Positions 1-12,680 of a DNA stretch of 64,000 nt are shown piece after piece. Source of the DNA: Raillietiella orientalis (Eukaryota); contig JAYWIR010000015.1 in NCBI GenBank assembly GCA_036172245.1, positions 496,001 to 560,000 on the forward strand. Reading direction: 5' to 3'. The notes under the pieces are model-generated. The model was given only the letters and a program-made list of their open reading frames with translations. It was not told where the DNA came from and searched no databases. The translations under genes and the position numbers were made by a program. Numbering within the stretch: the stretch's first letter is position 1; each line of letters begins with the position of its first letter.

Positions 1-2939
1 TCAATTTATAACGAAACCTCTTATAAATTGAGGAACCGCTTAAAGAGAGCTGCCATCTTGAAAATGGATACTTGATTCTTCATTCTTAAAATGATACAGG
101 CGATGGATGAGTATCTGATGCTGAAGTATCTGGGTGTAAGCTCTTATCAACAACACAGACTGGCCATCAAACTATGACTTCTTTCAGAGGAGCATTCGTT
201 CTAATCTTGTGATCATTGTACACAAAAAACGGATTGGAAAAGGATTATAAAAGAACAATATATTATGCAAAGTGATTGAAACAGGGAGAAGAAAGAGAAC
301 ACAGTTTCTCAGCGAATTCTCCAGAGGTCGACATTTCCTTTTCAAACTGATGGATGCTGAGAGAAATGACAACTACCGATGGTGTGGATTAGTCTTCACT
401 GAATGGAAAAATCCACGTGGAAGTGGCAGCAGCAACATCAATGCTTTGGAGCTCCACAGATCCCCAAACCAAGGACTTGTTATTACGTCATTCGGAATTC
501 TTGTAGAAATAGGAATTCTGAGTGAGGAGTTGACTTACAGAACAGAGAAACGAACGATCCACAATGACAGCTTAAGATGGATACGTCGAGTGCATCAGGA
601 TGCAATGAAATACCTACATCCAGGACGAACTACCATGGCCTTAACTTGCCAGTGTCCCCCAGTGTTTCGTGATAACAGCTTAGACCACGAGATGATTTGG
701 GAAAAGCAATGTTTCGCGCATTAGCAGGTTGCAAACAGCAATTGCTTCCCAGGGTGACTGTTAAACGATACAGAGAGACGATTCATTCACATTCGCTTGA
801 ATGCAATAAAGGGAAACATCGTGGGAGAGGGAGAGGAGAAACACGATTCGGTGTTTCTCAGCCTCATCACTCGGCCAGTAGAACCTCAGAGGCGGATCAA
901 AAGCAGTGCTTCCAGAAGCACCAAGCCAAACGTGAGATTTTTGCATCAGGAAAGCATCGCGGGAAAAGAAATAGGAAAGTGGTCTTGCGTACCATGTGCG
1001 ATAGACGAGAACCCTTGCGAGATCCCCAAGCACCATTTTTCCCCCAAGTCTTTCTTGCTCCAAAGAAACTCGCAGTCTGTATGAGGAATGTTGACCGGTA
1101 ATCATTCACGGACAGAACCTTCTTATATTTCATCACTTGCTCTCGAACTCCGAAACGGCGACGGATCTTATTCTCAGCAGAATGAGTCCTATTTGAAGCA
1201 CCTCCTTGTTCTATTCGGTCTCTCTTCCAGCAATTTCGATGGCACCTTTGAACACAGTGTCAAATGTGGTGAGAAAAAAACAAATGCACGCGCGTGCCAA
1301 ATCTCAACTTCTTCGGGGAGGATTCTTTCATATGCAAAAGATTTTTCTTGAAAAAAAATTCATTGATGCATGAAATCAGGAAAAATGTATTGAACGTATG
1401 AATCATACGAACGTATGAATTCTCTCTGTGAGCAAACCAAAAACAGAGTCCTTGGAAAATACATAGTTCAAATCTTGTCAAGTTAAATTCTTCACAATAT
1501 CTAAGTTGCCATTTATTTATTATGGTTATAAACATGACCACAATGAGCAAGATGATGAATCGTTTCCTGTACCTTTTGGGTGGCTTTCGTTCATTGATCT
1601 TCAAGAGAAGGAGCTGTTCATCTGACACAGAATCCTTTAGGGTGCATCAGTTATCACCTTGATTAATCTAAAAGGCGCTATTCTCCACCGGACAATCTAC
1701 CTTGCATTCTTAGCTTTCGACGTGATAAATAACCATAAGATATTACCCATTAGCCATAGAAGAAATGCCACAGTAGCTCTTACTGAATTCGAGCAGTATG
1801 AAGCACATGAGCACACGACACCATCGTGTTTTGCCAGACAGCACCAAGTTCAAGCAAGATCTTTCCAGGATTTTCTTCTTTGATGGCATTCTTAAGATGT
1901 CTAGGATTCATTGCACATCCACATGAGATGCACTGCCGAAAGTGTATCGTCTTTCTCTTGAGATTGCTGGCAATGTGCGCCTCTATTCTTCAAGTTTCTT
2001 ACAATATCAGACTTTTGGTTCCAATATATGGATTCCTACTTCTTCTGTGTCGTAATCTTCATTTATCTCAAACTTCTTTTGGAATTAAAGTGAGACATTC
2101 TAATTGGATGAAAGATGCCTACGCTGAAATCTGCCTTTCCCACAAATACGAATGCGCATTATTCTTATGAGGAATTTTTTTCTTGAAGAAACGTCCATTC
2201 TCGGTCAATGATCCACCCTTCACTGCCTTAAGTAATGACCAACAGTGCGCAGGGAAATCACAGTAAGAAAGTCGATGGAAATAACGAATTATGTTGCTGT
2301 GCTTTCAGCATTATTGTTATTGTCCTGTTTGTTATTAATTTAAATGTATTTTTAAATAACGATAACTATTATTGTTGGGCTGTGATCATGGCAATGCTCC
2401 ACCTGAGCAGTCTGATTTATAAGCGTATCCTCCATTCATGTCGTGCGTTTTATGGTAATACACAGTGATATACACTGACATAGTACAATGTAAAATCTCC
2501 CATATAATGCAGGAGATATTTCCGCGTTATATGAATCCTTACACGAGCCACATGGGTTATACATAGATAATACAGCAGTATCCATATAAGATATAAAATG
2601 CACAGCAGTGGAATATGTAATATTTCACTTTAAAACGAAATGGAAAAAATTAAGTATTCATTCATTAGTTGACTTGGAGTAAAAAAAAAGAAAAACTTTT
2701 AGGATGTTGTTCATGTTTCATCAACTTAAATAATCCTCTAGTTTCAGTTCTATTGCTCTCGTTGAAAATGTATCTTGCGCTATATTATTCACGAAAGCTT
2801 CAGTGAAATAGAATTCAACTTGCTTCGATCACAGGCTCCCATTCTTTTCAAAACAGCTGAAATGGCACTGTACCACAAAACTGAAAAAATCTATCCACAG
2901 CGTCATACGGGGCTGATTCACCGCATTTACACGAGGGGT

Positions 2940-2991
2940 GCCGCTATACAAACGCGTTATACGAACGCGCCCGATACGAGGGTCTACTGTA
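2940..2991. mobile_element. Possible solo terminal inverted repeat remnant of a pogo/Tigger-type (Tc1/mariner) element
   Basis: Reverse complement reads TA|CAGTAGACCCTCGTATCGG, i.e. a TA target site plus a CAGT-initiated terminus typical of Tigger/pogo TIRs. No matching partner TIR or transposase was seen. Confidence 0.25.
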
Positions 2992-5361
2992 CACTAGTCG
3001 CAACTCTTAGTGAACAGCATGCAAAGCACAGACGGATATTCACAGAATCCGTTCTGGAGCCCTTTTTTTTGTGATCCCTCAGAGTGTTGAGCCCAGTGGG
3101 ACTCTTCTGAAGCTTCCTTCTGTACAAATGCTCAAGAAGAAGAATTTCTTCAAAGACATAAAAACATCCCACAATAGGATTTCACCAAAAAGCACAACGA
3201 GCAAGATTAGTTCTATGCCTTCCCTGCATGAGGCATCGGACTCTCTAATCACGGGTAAGGCTGCAGTTTAAATAAACAATCGAAAGTTTTCAGCCAAGAC
3301 TCTCAGTAGAAAGCCTGAGGGTATTTACTGTTCCTCGTAAGGTCTGTGGCCAACGGGAAACGGTGCAGATTTCCTTAAGAGCAAAAGATATGTTCCCATC
3401 CGTGACGCAAGTCACACCTAAGCTCTCGATATCTTCTGCTTCTCGATTTACCTCCGAGAGTCTAACTGTTTCCTAAGCTTCCGTGTTTTCCCCCAATCTC
3501 TTGAAAAGATTTTGATCTCAGTACCATCATTCTGGACTCTTGTTCGAACACTTTCATCTGCTGAGGTTTCCAACTCTCGCGATCTCGTAGTCAATCCATA
3601 GGGATTCTATTGGAGTACTCGGACATTTAGCCTCACCGCGAAGTGCAAACTGGAAGCTGATGGCTTGCAGTTTTCAGTAAAGGTCCCATCCGAAGGGCTG
3701 CTCGTTCAGCACCTCACGGCCTATAGAAGGTTCTTGAGAAGTTTACATTGATGGGAACTCCCAGTTCTATCTTGAGAACGGAGACAGAAGATGCCATCTA
3801 ATACCTCTCTACCTCTATAATGAGACCACGAGAAAAGATGGAAGCCATTCCACGAACCAGTACATGCACAATGTTGATCAATGGAACTCCATGCTGTTAG
3901 ACCATTGCTTAGATCCGGCAGACACATGGGACCTTGAGACCATGCACAGGTTTGAACCAGCGTATTTTGATGAGATGATCTCCTTACGATTTTTTGCGAC
4001 TTGCCTTCTCAAGTTCCTTCTTCTGCACAGTAAAGCTTCATTATGGATATAAGCGGTAGGAATCCCTATTGCTCCTGTCCAGGATGAAACCTTCATCGAG
4101 CTATTAGAGCATTGTAAACACATCAGTAAATACGTCAAGTTAAAAACCGAGGATATTCACGCACTGTTCTAAAGTCTGTCCATCTTTAAAGTCTTTAGTG
4201 ACGGCAAACGTAACAAGCGTTGAAGCCAAAAACGGAATGCTAGAATAAACTTGCTCTGGACGAGCAGTCTGTCTTCTCTCATGACGGACCAAGGTTTCAT
4301 TAGCGATCTAATCAGGAAACCCTCGGTCATCGTTGCAAAAAAAACAAGAAAAATTCCTGCATGAGAAATTCTAGACCTCGTGACAAGTCTGGCAGACAGC
4401 AAACTGATCTTAGGTAATGATGCATTTCCAATCAAGAGCTCCAGTGATAAGGGGACCCTGTTTCAGTGATAGTTATGAAAAATTCAAGTACTGCAGGGAT
4501 ACCAGGTTTCGCAGCACTTGGTCGACTTCTAATTAGAATGGATAGCAAGGCTTCAGCATTCCGTGCTCTCCATTCAAGCGACCAACATGCTCGCGTTACG
4601 GAGAATTTTGATGCTCACCACTGCAGCAGCAGCCTATGAATTTCAAGACAGGAATTCAAGTTCCGTTTTTTTATTTTCCATCCAGCAAAAAACAGTTCGA
4701 AATTCTCACATTTGTGCTCAACACTCGATGCAACAGTTCAATTCTTACTGTTTGCTTTCTTGGTAGACATACTTTCGAATGCACGTATGTACCCGTGTGT
4801 TGCACGTGAGGACTATAGAAGAAATGTTTCCTTCGATGGTTAAAATTGCGTCTTAACATTAATGAACTACTGATCATTTTATTTCAACACTATGAACAGT
4901 TAATGGGGGAGGATTATGTTTTCAAAAATGTAAACCTCTATTTTTTTAATAATTTCAAAAACTGGAGATCAATTGCTTCATGGTGTGCCTTAAATCCTTC
5001 TGAAGATGCGAAGCATCCACAAGTTTCGACATTTTCAAAAATACAGTTTTGATTGATGAGCCTATGATTCGTAACATACAGTAAAAAAGAAAAAAAAGAC
5101 TAATTACGATTTTTCAATCCGAATGTGGAAAATTTCACACCTCTGATTCATAATGCTGTGCTCGTGAACATTACCATGTCACACTATAACTAGCGGTCTA
5201 ACATTATGGAAAAAAAACCACAATGGTACATATGTATCATTGGCATGAACTACTGATTACACAGGGGAGCACCCACAATGGGACCAATGTGGTCTTTCAA
5301 ACTCCATCACAAATGACAACCAGGACTTAATTTTCAATCCATTTTTTTTTTTTTTTATACA

Positions 5362-8300
5362 TCACAGCTGTCCGCCATTCGTTTTTTCGAGTATTTGTTC
5401 TATACCAAGGCTTTCTCCACAAGGAATCCCATAGCCTTTACTCAAACCATGTGGGTTAGAAGGTGTGCAGCAATCCAAGTGGGTTTCTTTTCGCAAAACA
5501 GTATCAATATCAACAGCACTAAAAAACGCTCCAAGCTGCATGGCTTCAAATTATATGTTTCTCACATTGAGCGCTTACATACCAGAGGCAAATCAGGCAT
5601 ATTCAGCTGATACGTAAACATAGCTCTCACCCACAAATTGGTAATCTGAAGAGCAAGAGCTGCACGATATCTGTCCTGGCTCTGAACCATGTATCTCACT
5701 TCATCATGAATAGAAATACAAAATCTTGCATGGATATTGTAATGTTGGCAAAGATAGCGCATAGCTACCAGAATCAAATGCAAATAATCCACTGCAGAGC
5801 TCTGAACTACCCAGTTGATACGGCTTGTCATGAACTGATTGGATTCTTAGATATACACAAAAATATGCAAAAAAGTTGCTTACATTCTCATGGACATTAC
5901 AAGGCTCTAAAGCCTTGCTAATTCTACAACCTAGGACTGGTGTTCTTGGAACAGGTGCTCTGGCAATCTGTTCAAGTTTGTTAAACATTGAACTTTCAGT
6001 GCCTCCTTCCCATATAGAACATTCCACAACATCTTCATAAGTCTGATGGACAAGTGAATCACATCACTAGTTTGTATTATATCAACCTTTGAGGAATTTG
6101 GATGAGATGTTTTCAGCAAGTGAGTTAACTCAGAAGCGGTAAATGTTTGATCTGCAGGGATATTACAAGTGACTGCAATTTGTCTACCTGTTTCATTTAA
6201 GACATATTTACGGACTCCCTATTAAACAAAGTAACATCATTTACTACAAGAAAGCTTTGTCACCTTTGTTTGAAGATACATAGCATGAGCACTCTTACTG
6301 GCTTCTGCATGCGATAAATGATGATCAAACTGCTTCAGTAATCTTTCAGCAAACAGGCGCCCAGCACCATAAATTCGAGCATAATTCAGGACTTTTGCTT
6401 CACTTCTGCTACTACCCACAATCTGTGCAGTCTTACTGTGCATATCAGTTCCTTGGACTTTATCACCCTTGAAAACACAATGCAAAAGAAAGAAGCAACA
6501 GCACTCCTTTACTTGCAAAATCATCCAACTCAATGGTGTACATCCATGCATCCCAGCACAATGTGCATCCCCCAACAAAGATGCAATCCACAATTCTTGG
6601 GAATCAACATCTGCACCAACAAAATGGTATCCTGGGGGACTCTGAATCATAGCTTTCAATTCTGAACCAACTCTTTCAAGATATGCATTGGAAGCTGTCA
6701 TCCAAGTAGCTTCAACAGCTCTCCTTGTTAAAGTGCCAGCTGTCACTAAACATGGAAGTATAGCACCCACAGTGCATGTGCAATTCAACCAAACCACCAT
6801 TTGACGGCAGATACGATCTCGATTATTTCTCCAATATGACAATTTATTGTTGATTCTACAAAAACCAAAAATAAATAATTCTGATACTGACATCCTACTT
6901 CAAAGCTGTAGCTGCCTGGAATCCATATGCAGTGCTAAGTGTGCCTTTTCCAATTTTGTCAAGAAAACTTTTTGTTAGAGGATTGCCGACATTTTGGGAA
7001 GGACCATCCTAATAAAAATCAGAACTTATGTTAAAGGAATTTTACTATGAACCTTATGAGGCAATTTATAGAACAGGCATCCAGGAATATCAGGCAAGCT
7101 GATGCCAGACTGAGGGTTTTGATCAACCGATTTTTTCGACAACCTAAGAATTAGAGATTAAAAATCAATATCCTAACTACTACAAACCTATTCAATTTTC
7201 CTAGACTCCTAGCTAGAACACTTTGATCAGTTGTAGATATTGCTTCCTCCCATGCCTGTACCATCTCATCAGGGCAATGCAACACATGATTGACATTATT
7301 CTTCTTCAGAATCTCATGGACATTACTATCCTTAATTTGGTAATAAAATACTCCCTGCTTACTCAATAGGGTATTTTGAACTGTTCGAACCTTCGCCTTC
7401 ATGGGGTACAATGTATCCCCATCCATGATGCTGATCATGATGTAGGGGATAACCATCCCATGTCAAACGCAGCAATTTAGGAGTTACAAGCAAAGAAGTG
7501 CTAATTCCAACTGGACCAGCCATTGGATTATCTCGAGGCACTAGCTTGCGATACCATGCAGGGTAACCAAGAAGATGAGAGGAATACTTAGACAACAGAC
7601 TTTTATCCTTCATTAAATTTCCAAATTGCTCTTCTAATTCAGGATCATTCTAGACCATTTACATAAAACCATGAACCCTATCCTGTGCCTCTACCTGTGC
7701 TTCATGCTTGCTTTGTTTCCTTGAAGTCTTTTTTAGCCTGACTTGCTGAGCACTCCAATCCAAATCCCAAAGCCAAGGATCTTTTTCATACCTAGAAGCA
7801 AAAACTCAATTTTCCCTATTTCTGGAAGCTCACTTTTGTCCTGAAAATAAGCTGCATGCTTCATCTGCTAGTTTCATCAGAGATAATTTCATTTCCTGTT
7901 CCAAATCCTCAAATGTGTCCTCTGCATTTTTCAAATATTGGGTCCAATTCTGATTAACAGGAAGGTATGTAATGGACAATTCTAGCATGCCAGCCAATGT
8001 CACAGGATGCGGAAACCTGATATCTTTCAGGTGAAAAGTATACTATGATGCACAACTACCTTTCTAGAAACTGTGGCCACAGCTTGTGAAATATTAAGAA
8101 AGTAGCTTCTACATCCTGGGCACAGTATGTCACCAAATTCTGAAAGTGAACTCTTACATCCTGCATATTTCCATGGATGAAAGTATCCCGAGATGATTTA
8201 TCTAGATGCTTGTCTGGATAATAGAGCTGGGCTAAAGCATAAAGAAGTATGACCAGTAGAATACTCACATGTAAAATATCAGCTAATCCATTTCGGGAAC

Positions 8301-10026
8301 TTACATCCATCCATGTGTTAATAGAAGGGCCTCTCATTTTACTTTTGGCATGTTTAATTTCCTTTGTTTCTTCTTTGCATTTACTCTTAGACATCAACAA
8401 AGATCTTTGATATGTAGTCAAACCTGCAATAGCAATGTGTAATGACATGGTGTCCAAGAATCGCAAACCAGATTCCTGGAAGGAACATTATTTTTTAGTT
8501 TTTGTAGTTCTGATTTTTGTATTATATATACTTTCCCTTACAGAGAATCAATAATCTTTTACCTGAATTGAATACTGCTCCTGTACTCTAGCTCGATCAT
8601 AACTCACATTATGACCAATTACAACTCTTTTTTGGCTGTTATGTCCATCCTGAGATGCTGATGACTCAAGAGCAATCAAATGATGCAAACGGATACAATT
8701 GTCCCATTCCTTTCTGTCACTCACAAGATGGTTACTGCACCAAGAGTACCTACAAAAAGCTATAAAGCATGTGATATTTTGATCTTTTGTACCAAGAATT
8801 GGAAGATGCAGCTACAGCAAGCACAGGGCCAGGACCTTCAGATAAAAGGACTTCTACATCAAAAATCAATGTATCATCTCTTGGATAATCAATTTGCACA
8901 GAAGTTCCATCATTAAAATACTGTGTCCAGCCTTTCTAAAAAATCAAAAACTTTTATTTTATTTCGATTTTACTGTGTTCTGCTTTGAAACACTGAGATA
9001 TAAATAACTTTGCATGAGAACTAATTAGTGAATTCACATGCAACACTATTTATAATATCTAAGCACTAGTTTTTTAATACAAACTTCCTTTCCTCTGCAC
9101 GGTCAAATACATCTGATACATCAGGATTTCAATTACTGTATTGTTTAGATGTCTTCAATTTCACACTCGCTGATTTGGCCACAAACATCAGACATACAGA
9201 TGTTTAACTCATTCTGAATACTAATTATTGGAATGAAAACTATATCACATTACAGATTAGTTATGTTCCAAAACAAGTTTTCAAAGAGTTCAAAAATGAT
9301 ATTATAAATTATATCATTTAGTTAATTTTGTATCATTTTATATCATTTGTTTTCTTCATATGTTATAGTAAATTAGAACACGCTATATGGGAATTCCAAT
9401 TACTGCTGCGTTTGTGACCATGTGTAAATAAATAAAATGCGAACTTTACAACTAATGCCTTCAAAGAAGAAAAAAAATTTAACCTCAAATTTCCAAATTT
9501 TTGGCATTTGTGGAAGATTATCTGAATGAAACTTTTGCAAAAGTCTTCTATAATCAGCTACTTGTTGTTCACCAATTATCGAAAAATGCTCAACAATGTT
9601 CTTCCCAAGTAATAAAGGTAATGTGAAATTTATATTACTAATTGGACTGGCACTTTGATTCCAAAGTTTATGATGGCTCAATGTTTTTACGCATTCCTGT
9701 ATTGTTTCACTTTTTGCAATGCATCTTTCACTATGGGGAAACAGTTGTGCATATAAATCATCTGAAATCATTTGGATGTTAAATGAATTGAAAACTGCTT
9801 CATTTTTATGGCGAGCAGATGGTGTCTCTTTGCTAAGAGTTTGACCATTTCTCAGATCTGAGGGAATTTTCCTTTCTTCAACAATCCTCTCGTTAGGTGG
9901 TGGATTTACTTCTTTCAGGTCTCCAATTTTTTTCTTGTTCAATGTTTTCTTCGTGAAATATGCCAATCTCTTGCGATGGATGGAATTTGAGACCTCCGCA
10001 ACACGAATCACCGTTGTTCTTAGCAT
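5362..10026 (-). CDS. POLG: DNA polymerase subunit gamma-1, mitochondrial (17 exons, ~1138 aa)
   Basis: Exons 9484-10026, 8793-8935, 8563-8749, 8269-8475, 8060-8226, 7834-8016, 7695-7791, 7363-7649, 7188-7325, 7053-7143, 6899-7008, 6513-6855, 6264-6467, 6087-6218, 5884-6042, 5583-5834, 5362-5535. All introns are GT-AG and exons sum to 3417 nt. Motifs: ExoI FDVEV, Exo[12 protein letters not shown], Pol[12 protein letters not shown], Pol[17 protein letters not shown], Pol[10 protein letters not shown]-terminal [14 protein letters not shown]. The N-terminus MLRTTVIRV... resembles a targeting peptide; start codon choice is inferred. Confidence 0.96.
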
Positions 10027-10824
10027 CGCATCGTCAAAATAATCTGCTGAAGCTTCCTTCACCTAAGACACATTGGATTATGCATCCCATGCTTTCCCTA
10101 TGATGAATTCCTTCCATGAACACACGGAACACACAGGGCAACCACATCGTGACCGTGCACTGTGCTTTCCACCACGACAGACTTCAAAATGTCAGTGATT
10201 TTACAAACGTTAATGAAACGGGAAGGAAAACGAAAAGCATCCCGGTATTTGGTTGAAATATTTCAAAACAATCAAGTTCTTATATGCGATTCTTCCGAAA
10301 GCTTGCATAAAATTTACGAAACCATTGTGGATAAATTTTTTTAGGAAACAGGACGCTTAAATTCGAGGGTCTTTAAGAAAAATTGCATCTATATAAACAC
10401 TCGCCAAAATAATCCGATAACGGAGGCTACGTGTTAAATACGTGCTGAACACTCAAAAATTTGTAATAAAATCTTCCTAAATACAAGATTTTCTCGATCA
10501 ACTAATCAGCAAGTTTCATTTTTGTATCTTTTATTTTTCGTTCTACGCAAAATCTTGATTTGGAAATGAAAATATGGAGCTCCATAGTTTACAACTTCCA
10601 GACTCCTTTCCTCCTTATATGGAACTATGTTTATTTTGAAGAAATTTGTTTCTGGGCACTGCTTTTCCCATTCCCTCGAGTTCTTAAAAGTTCCTTCTAA
10701 CCACCATAACTCGAGAAAGAAATTGTCCACATCAGTGTCATTACATGTCAATAATTGTTTCTAATGTACATAACATATATTATGCTGATCATGAGCATGA
10801 GAATCAGAAACATACCATTATAAA

Positions 10825-10880
10825 TGGTTTTACGAAAGTGCCTTTGAATAACTGTCCTCACACAGCACTTTCGTAAATCA
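10825..10880. repeat. Inverted repeat / ~56-nt hairpin
   Basis: TTTACGAAAGTGC (10829-10841) and GCACTTTCGTAAA (10865-10877) are perfect reverse complements, with further imperfect pairing inside and outside. Confidence 0.7.
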
Positions 10881-12229
10881 AGAAAACTGAATGCATTCTA
10901 AATTTCATAACAAAGATATTTTTTTGCAAATTTTTTTTTAAAGCTCTTGCAGTTTCATAGATGACGGAATTCGAGGCGGCAACCTTAAAATACACCATAA
11001 CTGGAAAACAAAAAAGAACACATATGTCGTGAAGAACATTGCATTTGAAAGTACCAAGAACAATTAGTTCTTTGCAAAAAATTGTAGAGTCTAATTCTTT
11101 TGGATAATCACTGATTGTTAATAATAAGAGTAAAAAGCTGGGATAGTCATGTACGTGGTAATGACATAGGTATCATAAGGCACAATTTTAAACGGTCATT
11201 TTCTTGCATTGATTAGAATGTATCTTACCAACTCTTATTTAGCGCTTTTATCTCAATTTGAAAACTATTTGATAATCAATCTTTTAAAGTGTCCAGAGTT
11301 CATTCTACTATGATCTAGAAGAATCCGTGGTTTCATTCTTAAAACTTTTGCTGAAACGGAGTAATAATAAAAAGGAACCAATTCTTAAGCTAATACATGA
11401 CTTACAGCAGATATTGTACGAATAAAGATAGTGACTTGTTTTCCTGAAAATTGCTTTTGTGTTGTAATATGCTTATTGTATCATGCTTAGTATACATGCA
11501 TGCTTAACTAAAAATTTATAAATACATTTGTAATTCAAATATATTTATAGATTTTGTATTCTTATTATGTTTTTAACTGTGGCATTATTTTCCCAAAGTT
11601 CCAAGTATTCATGTTGACTCATGTTTTTGTATTTCTGAAAAATTGACAGTTACTGTAGTTAAGGGGATTTTTCATGAATTTTATTAGAAATTGGAATTTA
11701 ATTGGAAATACCCGTACACTGCACTGTCTGATTTATATCTCTTTTACTTCGGTCTCGTTTTCTCGTTATTTTTGTAGATCGTTTTCTTGTTATCATTCAT
11801 TGTGAAACTCCGACTAAAAGAACAGCCAACAGTATTTATTTACATTCTTGAATCACGTAAACTGCAAGCTTCTGTTTCGATTTTAAACAAAGAAATCAGA
11901 AATTGAGTCATTTTGAATATATTCAGAATTCTTCTTACAACTATAAGCAATCTATTCGAGGAAACGATCTTGAAGTCGGTTCTGTTCGGAGAAATATATG
12001 ATTACAATCAGACAGCTGAAACATTGACAAGTTTTGGCAAACTTTGGATGTAGTTGGAGAACATACCGGCTGGATGTTGAAATTCCTTGCTTCTTACCTA
12101 CTTTTATGAATTAGTAGACTAAAATGAGTATATGGATAAGGAGAATTCATATGAAAGCTACACTACGAAAAATGGGAGGAAAGATTTAATTCAGATTACA
12201 TGACAGATTTAGAAGGCAAAATGAAAATA

Positions 12230-12680
12230 AGTTACAAATATTGGTCTAAGGAAGACAGAACACACGTAGAATGTCAGTAGCTTTAAACCTGTACATCGCT
12301 GAATGTCGGAACTTGAAGTCTGGTCTTGTTCAAATTTAGGGGCAGGAAACTATGTCTGAAAGACAAATATGAGGTCCTCGATCTGTATGTGGCTGTCAAT
12401 ACAGGAAGACAGAGGATCAATGGAAAGATTAGCTTATAACAATTGAGATCTGTTATTCATTGGAGCGTTACTATTGAAACTGCAATGCAAAAAGGAAGAA
12501 AGAAAAGAATCTAGAAGAAAGTGTGAATACGACGGCATTCTGAATGGCAGCTTTAAAAAAATAACAATAGCGGGATTAAGTCAATACTTTAATTGGGAAC
12601 ACTTGAATATCGTCAGGAAGGATCGCTATTTGGACGGTGCTCAAGATGCCATTTGTGAATTATCCAACGCCCCTGTGAAT
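12230..12680 (+). mobile_element. Possible heavily degraded non-LTR (RTE-like LINE) C-terminal remnant
   Basis: Frameshifted peptide fragments (LCLKDKYEVLDLYV; WSV; KKEERK; YDGILNGSFKKIT; LNIVRKDRYL) loosely follow the order of the post-RT region of RTE-clade elements. Judged by eye only, with many stops and frameshifts. Confidence 0.22.

Noticed and set aside
1..5300. Short ORFs such as 272-724 and 697-1101
   Set aside because: No recognisable motifs or spliceable exon chain; treated as intergenic or intronic.
5342..5356. Genomic A15 run 5 nt after the POLG stop as a retrocopy signature
   Set aside because: POLG retains 16 introns, and long A/T homopolymers are common throughout this window.
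10292..10320. FRKLA fragment as the missing DnaJ J-domain
   Set aside because: Immediately followed by TAA, no HPD, and it lies in the POLG promoter region; likely chance.
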